The notes under the pieces: model-generated | Databases searched by the model: none | What the model saw: the letters and a program-made list of their open reading frames with translations, nothing else | Told to the model about the DNA's origin: nothing | DNA from: Octopus vulgaris | Lineage: Eukaryota | Assembly (NCBI GenBank): GCA_951406725.2 | Contig: OX597816.1 | Span: 118,482,001 to 118,546,000 of the forward strand | Reading direction: 5' to 3' | Length of the DNA stretch: 64,000 nt | Made by a program: the position numbers and the translations under genes | Part shown: positions 13,421 through 25,527 of the stretch, piece after piece | How the letters are laid out: each line of letters begins with the position of its first letter | How positions within the stretch are numbered: the stretch's first letter is position 1

Positions 13421-13574
13421 TAATAAAAAAGAAAATCACAAAGAATTGTAATTTGCTGTGCTGCATACCTGTCTTACCCATAGAGAGACAGGAAAACATA
13501 AGGTTATCAATAGCTTGATGATGGTATTGGAGTCAGTGATGGAGATGCTAGAAAGCTTAAGAGTTAGTACTGTC

Positions 13575-14043
13575 TTTAAAGAACTTGTGTTATTTTTTAT
13601 GTTTGTTTACATCCTGAGTTCCAATATGGCCAAGGTCAACTTTGCTTTCCACTTTTCTGGATTGACAAAATAAAGTACCAGTCAAGTACTGGGGTCAATG
13701 TAGTCAACTAACCCTCTCTCACTAAAATTGCAAGCCTTATACCAAAATTTGAAAAAAATTGCTACGTGTACTACATCACTAAGATATAGTCTTTGAGATT
13801 GTTTGCATTATTGCCACATTCCCAACAATAACATCTATTAATTAATATCCAGGTTTTTATTTTGAATAACAGTTAAGTCTTAGGAGATCATCATATTTTC
13901 TGAGTTCAAATTCCACCAAGATCAACATGGCCTCTTATCCTTTTGGGGTTGATGAAATAATCGCCTGTTGAGCACTGGGGTCAATGCAATTGACTTGCCT
14001 CCTCACAACAAAAATTTTCGACTTCATGCCTTTAGTAGAAAGA

Positions 14044-14084
<41 letters not shown>

Positions 14085-14300
14085 GAAGGCAGCAAACTAA
14101 CAGAATCTTAGCATGGACAAAATGCTTTGCAGCATTTCTTCTGGCTTTATATTCTGAGTTCTAATTCCGCTAAGGTCAAGTTTGTCTTTCATCTTTTCAG
14201 GATTGATAAAACAGGTACTGGTTGAGCACTGGAGTTAATTTAATTGAGTAGGCCCATCCCATCGAAACTTTCAAGCCTTGAGCCTATAGTAGAAAGAATC
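13575..14300 (+). mobile_element. Cluster of three family 2 SINE copies with an (ATT)n tail/spacer
   Basis: Repeated ctgagttcaaattcc...aaggtcaa.tttg..tttcatc.ttt..ggattgataaaa...gtac..gttgagcactgg core at ~13575-13760, 13898-14045 and 14087-14300; (ATT)n at 14045-14084. Confidence 0.8.
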
Positions 14301-14621
14301 ATCGTCACATCACTGAATACTATGTCCTTGGATTTACTTTTAATAAAACAAGGAAGTTATAAAAAAAAAAATCATAGGAGAATAAGGTCATTATAGAGGA
14401 AGTTAATAGTTCAAAAATTCCAAAATTTGAAAAGAAAAAAATTGTTCAAGTACTTTTAATGTTACAGCTAAATTCCACACTTGAAAAAATCTCAGCATTT
14501 GTGATTATTTTGTTTAACATAAGGGAAGCCCACACCCCCACCCCGCCAAAACACCACCACCACTACCTCACAAATACTTTCTCTTAGAGCGTGTCCTTTA
14601 AGAGAAAAGTAAGGGGAAGGC

Positions 14622-14625
<4 letters not shown>

Positions 14626-14676
<51 letters not shown>
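14626..14676. repeat. (CA)n microsatellite
   Basis: Perfect CA run. Confidence 0.95.
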
Positions 14677-14678
<2 letters not shown>

Positions 14679-14746
14679 AGGGGGATATGAAAATTGTGTT
14701 TCCTTTATTAACTGCTATTTCATCCTTCAATCTACACCAGAAGATA

Positions 14747-15181
14747 TAAACCCCTCAGCATTTAAAACAGCCATATCCAGTCCAAATATTCTACCTGTTT
14801 TACGTTCAAAACTAGCCAAATTTGACGTCTTACACCTTCCCTACAATACCACTCTAAAAACAAACTATCTCACCATTAAAATCTTGAAGCTATGATTAAT
14901 TCAGAACTGTGAGTAAATAGGCATTACATTTGACAGAGTAATCTGATTATTAAAGGGTTAACCCTTTAGCATTTAATCCAGCCATATCTGGCCCAAATAT
15001 TCTACCTGTTTTATGTTAAAACTGACCAGATCCAACCACTCATACTTACCCTACAATGTCATTCAAAAAACATACAAACACACCATTGAAATCTTGAAGC
15101 TACAAGATAGTGATTAGCTCAAAACAATGTGACTAAATAAGCATTGCATTTGTCAAAGAAATCTGAATGCTAAAAGGTTAA
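14747..15181 (+). mobile_element. Head-to-tail tandem pair of piggyBac-like MITEs (family A) sharing a TTAA
   Basis: Junction ...taaaggg-TTAA-ccctttagcattt at 14951-14974; second copy ends aatgctaaaaggTTAA at 15181. Confidence 0.85.
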
Positions 15182-16063
15182 AGTGAGCCCTTTAAAAGAA
15201 AAGGTGGTGGGGTAATAATACTCCTACACACATGGTGTGGGAAAAATGCATTTCCATTATTAACTGTGTTAATATTCCTCAATCCACACCAGAGGATATT
15301 AAGGAGGTATCTGTAAAGAGTTGATGCCTACAGATATATGAAAAGATAGTTAATCATAATGAACAAAATATAAGAAAAGGGTACAGAAAAGAATGTTTTG
15401 TTAGCATAGATTTATAGACGTGTGAAAACCAATTCCCATTACTAAATATAAAAGACAAAAAAAAAGTATAAAAGAATATGCTTTATTGACAAAGCTACTG
15501 TTAGGTAATAGTTGAAGAACTGGATGCAATTAAATACAGCATGCAGACAAGTCGCTTTGAAATGATTAATATGAGATTTACATAGTAAATCTTCAACTCT
15601 TTACTTTCTCAGAGAAAAACCATGTCTAATGAATTTTTGAACCCCCACCCCACCATCCTCCAATAAACAAAAAAAGGTGGGAGGACGAAAATCCAACAAA
15701 CTATATTCTATAAAACAGAATTTAAACATTACAATATGCAGAATACCATAAACAAACAGAAATATATTATTACATCTACCACTGAGACATTTGTCAATTT
15801 AGTTGCAAGTTTTCTGCTCAAACCATCTTAGTTAATCCCATGTAAACAGAACACCTGCCAAGAACAGAATGCTAAATTTCTGCAGCTAAATGAATGTAGT
15901 GTTTTACTATAATCAGTAAACATCCCACAATGCAATAGTGAGTTGGTTGATTGCTTGTCGTTTTGTCTTTCTCAGCTGACATATCTTTGGAAAATTTCAT
16001 TTAAAGTAGTAACAATTTAAAGTAGTAACAATTGTATGTGAAACACATGTATTGCATTTTGCT

Positions 16064-16240
16064 TTTAACCCTTTAGTGTTTAAGCCAGCCATTTCCAGAC
16101 CAAATATTGTTTTATGATCAAACCACCCAGATCCAACCTCTCACACCAACTCTACAATATCATTTTAAAAATAAACAGCTACATCATCAAAATCTTGAAG
16201 CTACAAGATAAAGCATGATATAATCTGAATGCTAAACTGT
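16064..16240 (+). mobile_element. piggyBac-like MITE (family A), internally deleted
   Basis: ttaaccctttagtgtttaagccagcc...aatctgaatgctaaa. Confidence 0.7.
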
Positions 16241-16952
16241 GAATTGGTAATATGAAAACATACACGCATTACAACACTGTCAAAATTTGACCCCATTAGT
16301 CACCAAAACTTCGATCAGCTAAGAGATTGAGACAATCAGAATAATGCATCTTGCCTGGGCAAGATAGACAACACTTTAGCTCTCTCCTAAAGTCCTCAAC
16401 CACTGAGAGAACTATAGGGACACTATTGCGAACATACAGCAGATCTTGGGAGTACTTTCAGACCTGCGCCAGGCCTGATCAGAGCAAATTACTTCCAGAG
16501 AGAGATGGGGAGAAAGAAAGAGAGAAGGGGAGAAGGGGGGGATGTAGGGTAGGGTAGACTAGGAGGTAGGGAAGGAGGGGAGGAAGAGTAATAAACCTCA
16601 GTATTGGACTGGTACTTCATTTCTTTACCCTAAAAAAGGAATGGCAGTAAAAGTAGACCTCAACAGCATTTGAACTCAGAGAGCAAAGAGCCAGAATGAA
16701 CTTTGCAAAGCAATCAAGCTATATAATGTTCTAATGACTTTTGAACTAATGTTTGAACTAATGGCAATGCAGTTAGAAATTAAAAGCAAGAACAAAATAC
16801 GTTTGAAAATTGAACCCTGAATTAATAACATAACCGAATAGATATGTTATTAGTGATGGAAAAAGTTTTAGTTCAGAATAGCATCTTGCACATTCTGCTA
16901 AATGTGAATATATTGTAAGAGAGCCACAACACTGTGGTATTCATCTTGAAAA

Positions 16953-17380
16953 AGTGTAGCTGCATGGTAAGAAGCTTGCTTCCCAACTACTTGATTCCTG
17001 GTTCAGTCCTGCTGCGCAGCACCTTGGACAAGTATCTTCTACTACAGCCTCAGGCCAACCAAAGCCTTGTGAGTGGATTTATTAAAAGCTTGTCATATGT
17101 GTTTATGTGTGTGTGCATGTGTCACTGTGTTTCTCCTCTACCATACACATATATATATGCGTGTCTTTGTGTCTGTGTTTGTCTCCTGCCACTGCTTAAC
17201 AACCGTCTGGTGTTCACATTCTGGTCACTTAACAGTTTAGCAAAAGAGACTGGCAGAGTAAGTACCAAACTTTAAAAACAAACAAGTACTGGTGTCCATT
17301 CATTTGACTAAAATTCTACAAAGCAGTGCCCCAGCATGGCCACAATTTAATGACTGAAACAAGTATGAAAGATAAAAGAA
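16953..17380 (+). mobile_element. tRNA-derived SINE (family 1), full length
   Basis: Head tggtaagaagcttgcttcccaac...ggttcagtcc (A/B-box-like), central microsatellite, tail ccccagcatggccaca..taatgactgaaacaagt. Confidence 0.8.
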
Positions 17381-17578
17381 TATAATATATATTGCTAAAA
17401 AGCACAGAAGTATACCAGTTGCAGAAGAAATGTGTCCACTGCTGCTGTTGGACACATTATGTCCACTACTCACACACTTCTTTGCCTTTTAGCATCATGA
17501 ATCCATATGAGATGTTTTCCAGGACGAATACCACAGCATTATGACTTTCTACTGTATATCCACATAAAGTAAGATATA

Positions 17579-17802
17579 CAAGTAGGTGCTGAAGAGTTTC
17601 TGGACTAGGTTAAAAGAAAATATAGGAAGATCAGTTAATTATAATTTTATTCAACATATTCCATATTCCCCTCTTAGATTCACACACTTATTGCAGCAGT
17701 CCTTCAGTTTTTCTAAGCCCTGTAAAATGGCTTGGAAGGTTGGGCATCCAACCAAGCCTTTCACAACACCCTTAAAGACAGGAATTTTTCTACAGACCTA
17801 CA
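17579..17802. mobile_element. Tc1/mariner-type MITE
   Basis: TA-flanked, imperfect TIRs (ta)caagtaggtgctgaagagtttctgg / acaggaatttttctacagacctaca(ta); internal ttattcaacatattc..ccctct.agattcacacactt is mariner-like. Confidence 0.65.
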
Positions 17803-18249
17803 TACAGAATGCTAACCTAATAGAAATTAAATAAAAAATTAAACTACTTTCTCTGATTTCACATTCATTATTATTATTATACAAACTAGATTAACACTGA
17901 GTATCACTATGTTCTGAAAATACAAAGTACCATAAATAATTGACTTCTGTAATAGATAGTAAATCTAAAGTAAAAATCTAATTAGTTTAATTGCCAAAAC
18001 TGTCTAAGAAAACAGGCTCCAATGGATATTATTATCATTATTATTATCACTGATATTCATCCTTGAATAAAAGTTCTCTAACCAATTTTGCAATCTTGTT
18101 TTCAATTCAAAGTTTATAACCACTTGTCGACACGCTTGAAAAAGTCTGCAGCAATCATAGTCTTACTTTCTTCCTTTCCTCAATAAAATGTAGGACACTT
18201 AATACAAATAAAAGACATTATTATCATTAACATCATTATAATTATAATA

Positions 18250-18910
18250 TGCTTAGTGTCATTTTGTCCATCTTTGGGTTCTGAGTTAAAATGCCACTGA
18301 AGTAGACTTTGATTTGCACCCATTTTTTTTTGGGGGGGGGGGCAATAAATTAAGTACCACTTGAATACTGGGGTCGATGTAATGGACTAGTCCCTTTCCC
18401 CACAATTTCAGGCTGTGCCTATAGTAGAAAGGATTATTATTATTATTATTATTATTATTAAAGTAGTCAGCTGGCAGAACTGTTAGCATGCCAGTCGAAA
18501 TGCTTAGCAGTATTTCGTCTGTTGCTACATTCTGAGTTCAAATTCTGCTGAGGTCGGCTTTGCCTTTCATCCTTTCAGGGTCAATAAATTAAGTACCTGT
18601 GAAACACTGGGGTTGGTGTAATTGACTAGTCCCCTCCACCAAAATTTCATGGCCTTGTGTCTTCAGTATGAAGGATTATTATTATTATTAAGGTGGCAAA
18701 CTGGCAGAATTGTTAGCATGCTGAGCAATATGCTTAGTGGCATTTTGTCCATCTTTGGGTTCTGAGTTCAAATTCAACTGAGGTTGACTTTACCTTTCAT
18801 CCTTTTGAGGTCGATAAAATAAGTACCAGTTGAGCACGGGGTAATCAACTTACCCCCTACTCCAAACTGGCTGGCATTGTGCCAAATTTTGAAATCATTA
18901 TTATTATTGC
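18250..18910 (+). mobile_element. Tandem array of three family 2 SINEs separated by (ATT)n
   Basis: Head aaggtggc..ctggcagaa..gttagcatg..gaaatgcttagc, core gcctttcatcctttcagggtcaataaattaagtacc, (att)n tails at ~18434-18459, 18675-18690 and 18896-18908. Confidence 0.85.
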
Positions 18911-19290
18911 CATTACTATGTCTTCTATTATGGCCATGGGTCAACCAAAGCTCTGTGGGTGAATTTGGATGGAAACTGAAAGACGTTCTGTGTGTGTGTG
19001 TGTGTGTCCATGTCCTTGTTTTGATATCATGTAAGGGGTGTAAATATGCATCATCATCATCACTTCTTGTCTTTCATGAAAAACATGTCTGGTCATTGGG
19101 AATATCACCAACAAACAAATCCTGCCTGGCCCATGTGAGCATGGAAAAGTAGAAGCTAAATTTTGATGATGACAATGCTAAATATTCCTGAGACAAGCAC
19201 AAACCTCAAAACACAACTCTGTAAATCTGATGGATCATTATATACATATCCAAAAATCTATCATCAATATTTTTAACAGAAATTACTTAC

Positions 19291-19337
19291 AGTATCTTCT
19301 GGAACACAAGTCAAATTATTCGGACCAAAATTTACAG
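19291..19337 (-). other. Candidate internal exon (47 bp) of an unidentified host gene
   Basis: Minus strand ttgtatctcttatAG|ctgtaaatt...gaagatact|GTaagt; open as VNFGPNNLTCVPEDT. No homology recognised. Confidence 0.25.
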
Positions 19338-19736
19338 CTATAAGAGATACAAGACAACTCTGGAGGACCAAAGAATTGTATGTGAAATGCAGCAAGATTT
19401 GGAAAAGTAGTGATGGTGAAATATTTACACTACATGTTTAGATTATATATGTCAGCTTGTATGCTGGAAAATACAGCAAAACACAACTATGGCTGTGAGT
19501 TGGCTTTGCAGCATTTAATCACTTCTTTATGGTTTGCATTGAAATCCCTCTGGGTTTGATGAAAAAATAAGTAGTTCCAATCCCACAGAGGGCGGATTTA
19601 ACTGTCTATACTGTTCCCTTCCAAATTTGTAGCTTCGTGCCAAGAGAGAGAAAGAGAGAGATCATTAAAATCATTACTTTTAAGAGAAACTGTCACAAGT
19701 TGAATACCTGCCCCTACCAAAAGTATATTTTGTGTG

Positions 19737-19779
<43 letters not shown>

Positions 19780-21146
19780 TGTGGCACCAGATTCAAACAT
19801 AAGAAGCAGTGCTGAAAAGCAGATAAAACTAAATGAACTCCCAAAAGGTTAGTTACAAGTTATGTGAATGTAAATTTTACAAATAAAAAAATGAGTAGTA
19901 GTAGTAATAATAATAAGAAGAATAATAATAGTAATAAAAAAACAGAACCAATAAATAAATAAAAAGATATATATAATAAATTTTTTTTTTTTTAATAAAT
20001 AAACAAAAATGGCAGTTTGGGGAATTAGCTGCAATGGCGAAATCTTTAATTCAATCAATAATGCATGTTCTTAGTCAATAGATGTTCTAGTGTCAGGTGA
20101 GTATTAACCAAAGTCATTCCATTAGTGTGTTCTTTTTCATATTACACATAGTGGAAACCTTGGCACACACATTTATGTAGAAACATGTTCATCTTTGTTT
20201 AAATCATTGGTTTGTTTCTTAGATTTTGTTGTTTTTTTTTGAAGGAGGGGGCTTGCTTTTTTTGGGGTTTTTTTAGTCCAAATTTTAAGTGCATGGAAAG
20301 ATAAGTGACAGCTGCACAGTTCAATGTCATCTTATAGTTAATATGCACACACATGTAGCCACAAATACGTAAGAGGAAGGTGTGGATTTGTGTATGATTG
20401 TTTTAGCCGTATGTGTGCTTGTACTAACATATTCATACAGCAGTTTTGTAAGACAATACGTATAACATTGAGAGAGCTTCATTTAATTAATTTAAGAATT
20501 TAAAAATAAAAAGCTTATTCTCTCCACTTGAATCTCAAATGACTCAACAATAAATGTTTGAATTAAATCCAGGCAAAACGCTGTTACACACACAAGTGCA
20601 GAATGCTAGCAGATGACACAGTTTCAGTTTTTCTTTTATAAAGAAAATAAAGCAAAACAGAATGTTATGAAATCCAGTTTAAAATATTTAGTTGCTAAAT
20701 CAAACAGTTACTTTACTATAAAAATATAAAGAGTCTGATTTAATAATTATATTCAAAAGGAAAAAGAACCGTTAGCAAGCAGCTATCACACATGATTGAC
20801 AAGAAGTAGACAATCTGTAAAATACTACCGTTTCAACATTCTCAATCTTTAGTAGTTACTTTTCTTCCAGGCCGAACTCTAAGAAAGATCAAGTAGACAA
20901 CTAATGACCTTCCAGCACCACCCAGTTATTTGAGCAGAAGGTTTACAGCTGGATGTCCTTTTCTACTAGAAAGTACCTTATTGTGAAAAGAAACTGGTAC
21001 CTAATTTTCAGTTAGAATGAATTGAGCTAAGAGACTTGCCTAACAACAACAAAAAGCAACTATTGAGTTTCAAATCATGCTCAATGTATCAGAAGTGTAG
21101 CCTATTCTGCTCTTACAAAATGAACATGTGAAAGGAATATATACTG

Positions 21147-21707
21147 CTGTGGTTGTGTGGTAAGAGGTTTGCTTCCCAACCACATAGTTCTGTGTTCAGT
21201 CCCACTTGGGCAAGTGTTTTCTACAATAGCCTTGGACTAACCAAAACCTTGTGAGTGCATTTGGTAGACGAAAGTTCAAAGAAGCTCAATGTGTGTGTGA
21301 GTGTGTGTGTGTGCGCACACATGCATGCACGTGTTTGTGTGTCAATTCACTCTATATAGGATGGTTGGGGTTAGGAAGGGCATCCAGCTGTAAAAACCAT
21401 GCCAAAACAGACACAGGAGCTTGCTGTAGTCTTCTGGCTAGCCAGCTTCTGTCAAACCATCCAACCCATGCCAGCATGGAAGATGTTAAATGATGATGAT
21501 AATATATATCTCCATGTGTTTCATTGTGTTTGTCCTCCACCACTACTTGACAACCAATGTTGGTATGTTTACATCCCCGTAACTTAGCGGTTCAGCAACA
21601 CAACCAATAGAATAAGACCCAGACTTTTTTTAAATAAGCACTGGGGTTGATTCATTGGACAAGAAATTCTTTAAGGTGGTGCCTGAGCATGATTGCAGTC
21701 TAATGAA
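21147..21707 (+). mobile_element. Family 1 SINE with a family 3 SINE 3' fragment nested in its central microsatellite
   Basis: Family 1 head 21147-21290, RTE-tail insert ~21358-21501, family 1 tail 21525-21707. Confidence 0.8.
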
Positions 21708-21899
21708 TTTGTTGTTTCAGCTTAACTAAAAACTATTGCATACAAGCAGGTGGTATAGTAACGATCCTCATCAGAGAGTAGGGATTGTAGAAATTAACCC
21801 AATAAGCTGATAATCTGACAAACAAATCTACTGATCCTGGGCTACAGAGAACAATGAATATATTCTATCCCATCAAAACATCTCCCCTCGCATTCTTAT

Positions 21900-22362
21900 G
21901 AAATTTTCCCTTCTGACCCCATTCAGTCCAATCCTCTGTATCACTTCACCTATATCCATTCACCACCTTCACTGTACCATGTATGTTCTGACACATATTC
22001 ACAATTTCTCTCCCAATCTCTCCATCCCTACCTCTCTCTAAGTCATTCTTTCTCCTTCTCCAACAGGAGTATCCTTGTACCTCTTCTACAGGAAGACACC
22101 TATCTCTATCGCTCTAATATTCTTTAACCTTTCATCAACTAGCATGAAACCACCTTCTTCAATAGTACAACTCTCAACCCCACACCATCCCTCAGTTGAA
22201 GGGACTATCTTGTCTTGCAAGTTACTTGGTGACCCTGCCAGAGCTGGTTGCATGGGAAAGGCACCCACTCAGTACACTCTGTAAAGTGGTTGGCATTAGG
22301 ATGGGCATCCATCCATAGAAACCATACCAAAACAGATATGAAAACAGATATGCCAGTATGGA
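21900..22362 (+). mobile_element. Long pyrimidine-rich repeat ending in the RTE-type tail
   Basis: CT-rich body, then gtcttgcaagttacttggtgaccctgcc...gcaccc..tacactctgtaaagtggttggcattagg. Homologous to 3326-4100 (minus) and 31640-32367. Confidence 0.6.
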
Positions 22363-22363
22363 A

Positions 22364-22375
22364 AGAGAGAGAGAG

Positions 22376-22451
<76 letters not shown>

Positions 22452-22486
22452 TGCGTGTGCGTGTGTGTGTGTGTGCGCGCGCGCGC
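22364..22486. repeat. Compound (GA)n(GT)n(GCGT)n(GC)n microsatellite
   Basis: Directly visible; over 100 bp of alternating purine-pyrimidine. Confidence 0.95.
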
Positions 22487-23857
22487 ATACATGCAAGCAC
22501 ACTATCGGTATGGAATAAAACTTGGGTAGAAAGGATAAGAGAAAAGTGTTTTATGTTCCCAGTAAATATTTTTCTCAAGAATTTGGAAATAATGGAATGC
22601 AAATATTACAATCTATGCTTCCAATTACACAATGGATTCAGTAACAGATGTATGTATAGTATTTCATTTTCTTTATGATATGGATATGATATTCATTTTG
22701 GAAAATGATCTCAAATCAATCATTTGTTTTTAGAAAACAATTCTCTTATGTGCCATTCACATATATTTAGACAGTTCATATTTTTTAAGACAACATTGAT
22801 TGAAACTAAAACAAAAAAAAAGTGCTGTTAATATAGATTTCAACAAAACAGAAGATAAGTACAGTCAGGTGTATCCCTAATACACAAATTGCTATAAGGA
22901 ATACAAACTAAGGAACTAAGGCTCTATTTCAAAGTAAATTTCATCTAATGTTCTATTAAAATACTAATTTCAAATGAAAATGGTTTGAAACACATTTTCC
23001 TTACTAATATTTGTCCTCTTATTCCTTTTTGCCTTGTTTTTCCTTCTTAATAAATTCAAATGAGTATAAGATGACACAATAAATATAAATTTCAGAAACA
23101 TCTTCCCTTAAGAAATAGAGCTAAAAATAATGATACCACATGGCATAGATTAATTGAGGGATATGCTTCACTACTTCAACCATAAATCAATTTCTAATGA
23201 TTTACGATAACATAATACATGATATAAACAGTTAACGCAAACAAAATATAGCTCATATATGAGATTTTAAACCCAATATTTTCTCTAAATCAACAAGTCA
23301 TTAATTTCTTCGTAGGTTTCATAAATTGCAAAATATATATAAAAAGTACATCTATTCAAAAATTTGTTTATATATTCCCTCTTTCCCCCATCCTATTAAG
23401 AGTTGAATAAATATGAAACTTGAGTATTTACAATTATGGCTTAAAACAAATTGTTACAAGACGTCTTTAATGTTCCTAATATCAGTGAATCCCATCAGAG
23501 ACTTCCACATTATTCATCAATGGAAACTTGATAACAAATAAATACCTGGCAATCCTAAATACAATTCTCAATGGAATGCCATCCTTTATATCTAGGATGG
23601 TACACTTCCGACACTCACAGGCACTCAAAACAAAGCCATGTATTAAGTTAATAAAATGTAAACTTCTAATCTGTGGTTCACCATCATACAGTATTGTCTC
23701 TCTATCATCATGATTTTCTTGCTGGCATGGGTTGGATGGGTCAAACAGCATCTCACCATGATTTAAATGGACAAACATGAAGACACTCTCTTAAAAAATA
23801 CAAGTGAAATTTTATCGTCCCCTATTCCTTGTTAATAAGAAAACAAAGCAGAGTTTG

Positions 23858-24360
23858 TGAGGTATACTTGCCATCTCAATATGGCTAACCACTAAGGGTG
23901 GGTGTTACTGTAGCTTGTAGTCCCAGGAGAACATCGTCTCCAGCTGGCTTTAGGCACACTTTCTGTGCCCTTATGGTATTTGCAAAGGGAGGTCATCCTT
24001 CCTTCGTCAATCTAAGTGATACACACAGACTGCAGTTTCTAGGTTTTGACCTGTCATCAGCGTACGACAATCACCGGTTTTCGATGAAAGGGGTCCCAAT
24101 GCAAATACTTATATGGTTTTTCCAGTAACTTTTCGTCACTGATCTCAAAAAACTGTATGCAAACAATAATAAATCTCTGAACGAGGTATAAACAGTAACT
24201 GTACGACAATGTGAGGTATACTTGCCATCTCAATATGGCTAACCACTAAGGGTTAGCTACAGTAACACCCACCCTTAGTGGTTAGCCATATTGAGATGGC
24301 AAGTATACTTCACATTGTCGTGCAGTTACTGTTTATACCTCGTTCAGAGATTTATTATTG
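23858..24360 (-). mobile_element. Non-coding retrozyme / Penelope pseudo-LTR-like insertion
   Basis: 13-bp TSD aaag(c/t)agagtttg at 23845-23857 and 24361-24373; direct terminal repeat with period 354; 106-bp inverted segment; internal hammerhead motif. Confidence 0.75.
24022..24066 (-). ncRNA. Minimal type I hammerhead ribozyme motif
   Basis: Minus strand CGUACG-CUGAUGA-C-AGGU-CAAA-ACCU-A-GAAA-CUGCAG-UC^UGUGUG: intact core, 4-bp stem II, palindromic stem III (ACUGCAGU), GUC cleavage triplet, 6-bp stem I (three G-U pairs). Confidence 0.8.
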
Positions 24361-25167
24361 AAAGTAGAGTTTGCAGCCATCTAATTCTTTCTTTATCATG
24401 TCATTAAACAAATTTAAAAGTTCTAAGCTCAAAATAAATAACATATACACAAATATCCTCACAACTCCCCCCTCCCCATGATAAACACTACACTAGAACA
24501 AGTAGCAGCATAAAACGTAGACCAACTTCTAGTGAATGTCTTTATAAACATGAGAATTTGGTCAAGAGCTAAATTTTATAAGCTAGTGTATAGCAAAAGA
24601 AAGATAACTACTTCACTATTGTGCATATTTTGTAATAAGATATTGTATCTATACAACATCTTATAAACCTTGATCAAAGTAAAACCATTATAAAATCTGT
24701 GACTATCAAAGGAAGAAAATTTTGAAAAGATCATGTATTTTATGTTGTGTTCTAAAGTGTGGCACATAATTTCATATTGCTCAGTATTAAATGGGCACCA
24801 ACCAGCTGCTAATGCAACTCTCTCTTTCCAGCTTAAGGCTAAGTTTTTGGATACAAATGCTCAACATTCTGCAAAATTGAGGGTGGGAGAGCTGAGAGGG
24901 TGTCTATTACATTGTGATTACACAAGCATTTAAAACAATTAGTGATAACATGGTACAAGCTACTTGTAGGTGATGGCTAAGTTTTGTGACACACTCAGGT
25001 GATGATTAGTGTCAAGGAGAGAATCTGGCCGTAGGAAATCTAAATCTGCCTTGACAAATTTTGACTAATTCATACATGTATAGAAAAGTAGATGTTAAAA
25101 CATCAATGGTGTGTGTAAGTGGTGGTCCAGCAAGGCCATAGTCAAATGACTGAAACAAGAATATACA

Positions 25168-25527
25168 TCATCAAAATCGATCAACATCAATGGAAATTGT
25201 AGCTGTGATACCAGTGCCGGTGACACGTAAGAGAACAATCCGAACGTGGCCATTGCCAGTGCCGCCCCGACTGGCCTCCGTGCTGGTGGCACGTAAAAAG
25301 CACCATCTGATCGTGGCCGTTTGGCAGCCTCGTCTGGCACTTGTGCCGGTGACACGTAAAAGGCACCCACTACATTCTCGGAGTGGTTGGTGTTAGGAAG
25401 GGCATCCAACCGTAGAAACATTGCCAAATCAGACTGAGCCTGGTGCAGCCTTCTGGCTTCCCAGACCCCAGTTGAACCGTCCAACTCATGCTAGCATGGA
25501 AAGCGGACGCTAAGTGATGATGATGAT
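25168..25527 (+). mobile_element. RTE-tailed SINE (family 3), near full length with internal tandem units
   Basis: Three gtg(a/g)cacgtaa.a units followed by the conserved tail and (gat)n; CpG-rich. Confidence 0.85.

Noticed and set aside
22205-22678. Overlapping ORFs with VCVC/THTH runs
   Set aside because: Microsatellite read-through; the same applies to most ORFs in the track.
23960-24010. Second hammerhead in the retrozyme-like unit (minus TTGACGA...)
   Set aside because: No correctly placed GAAA or stem III.
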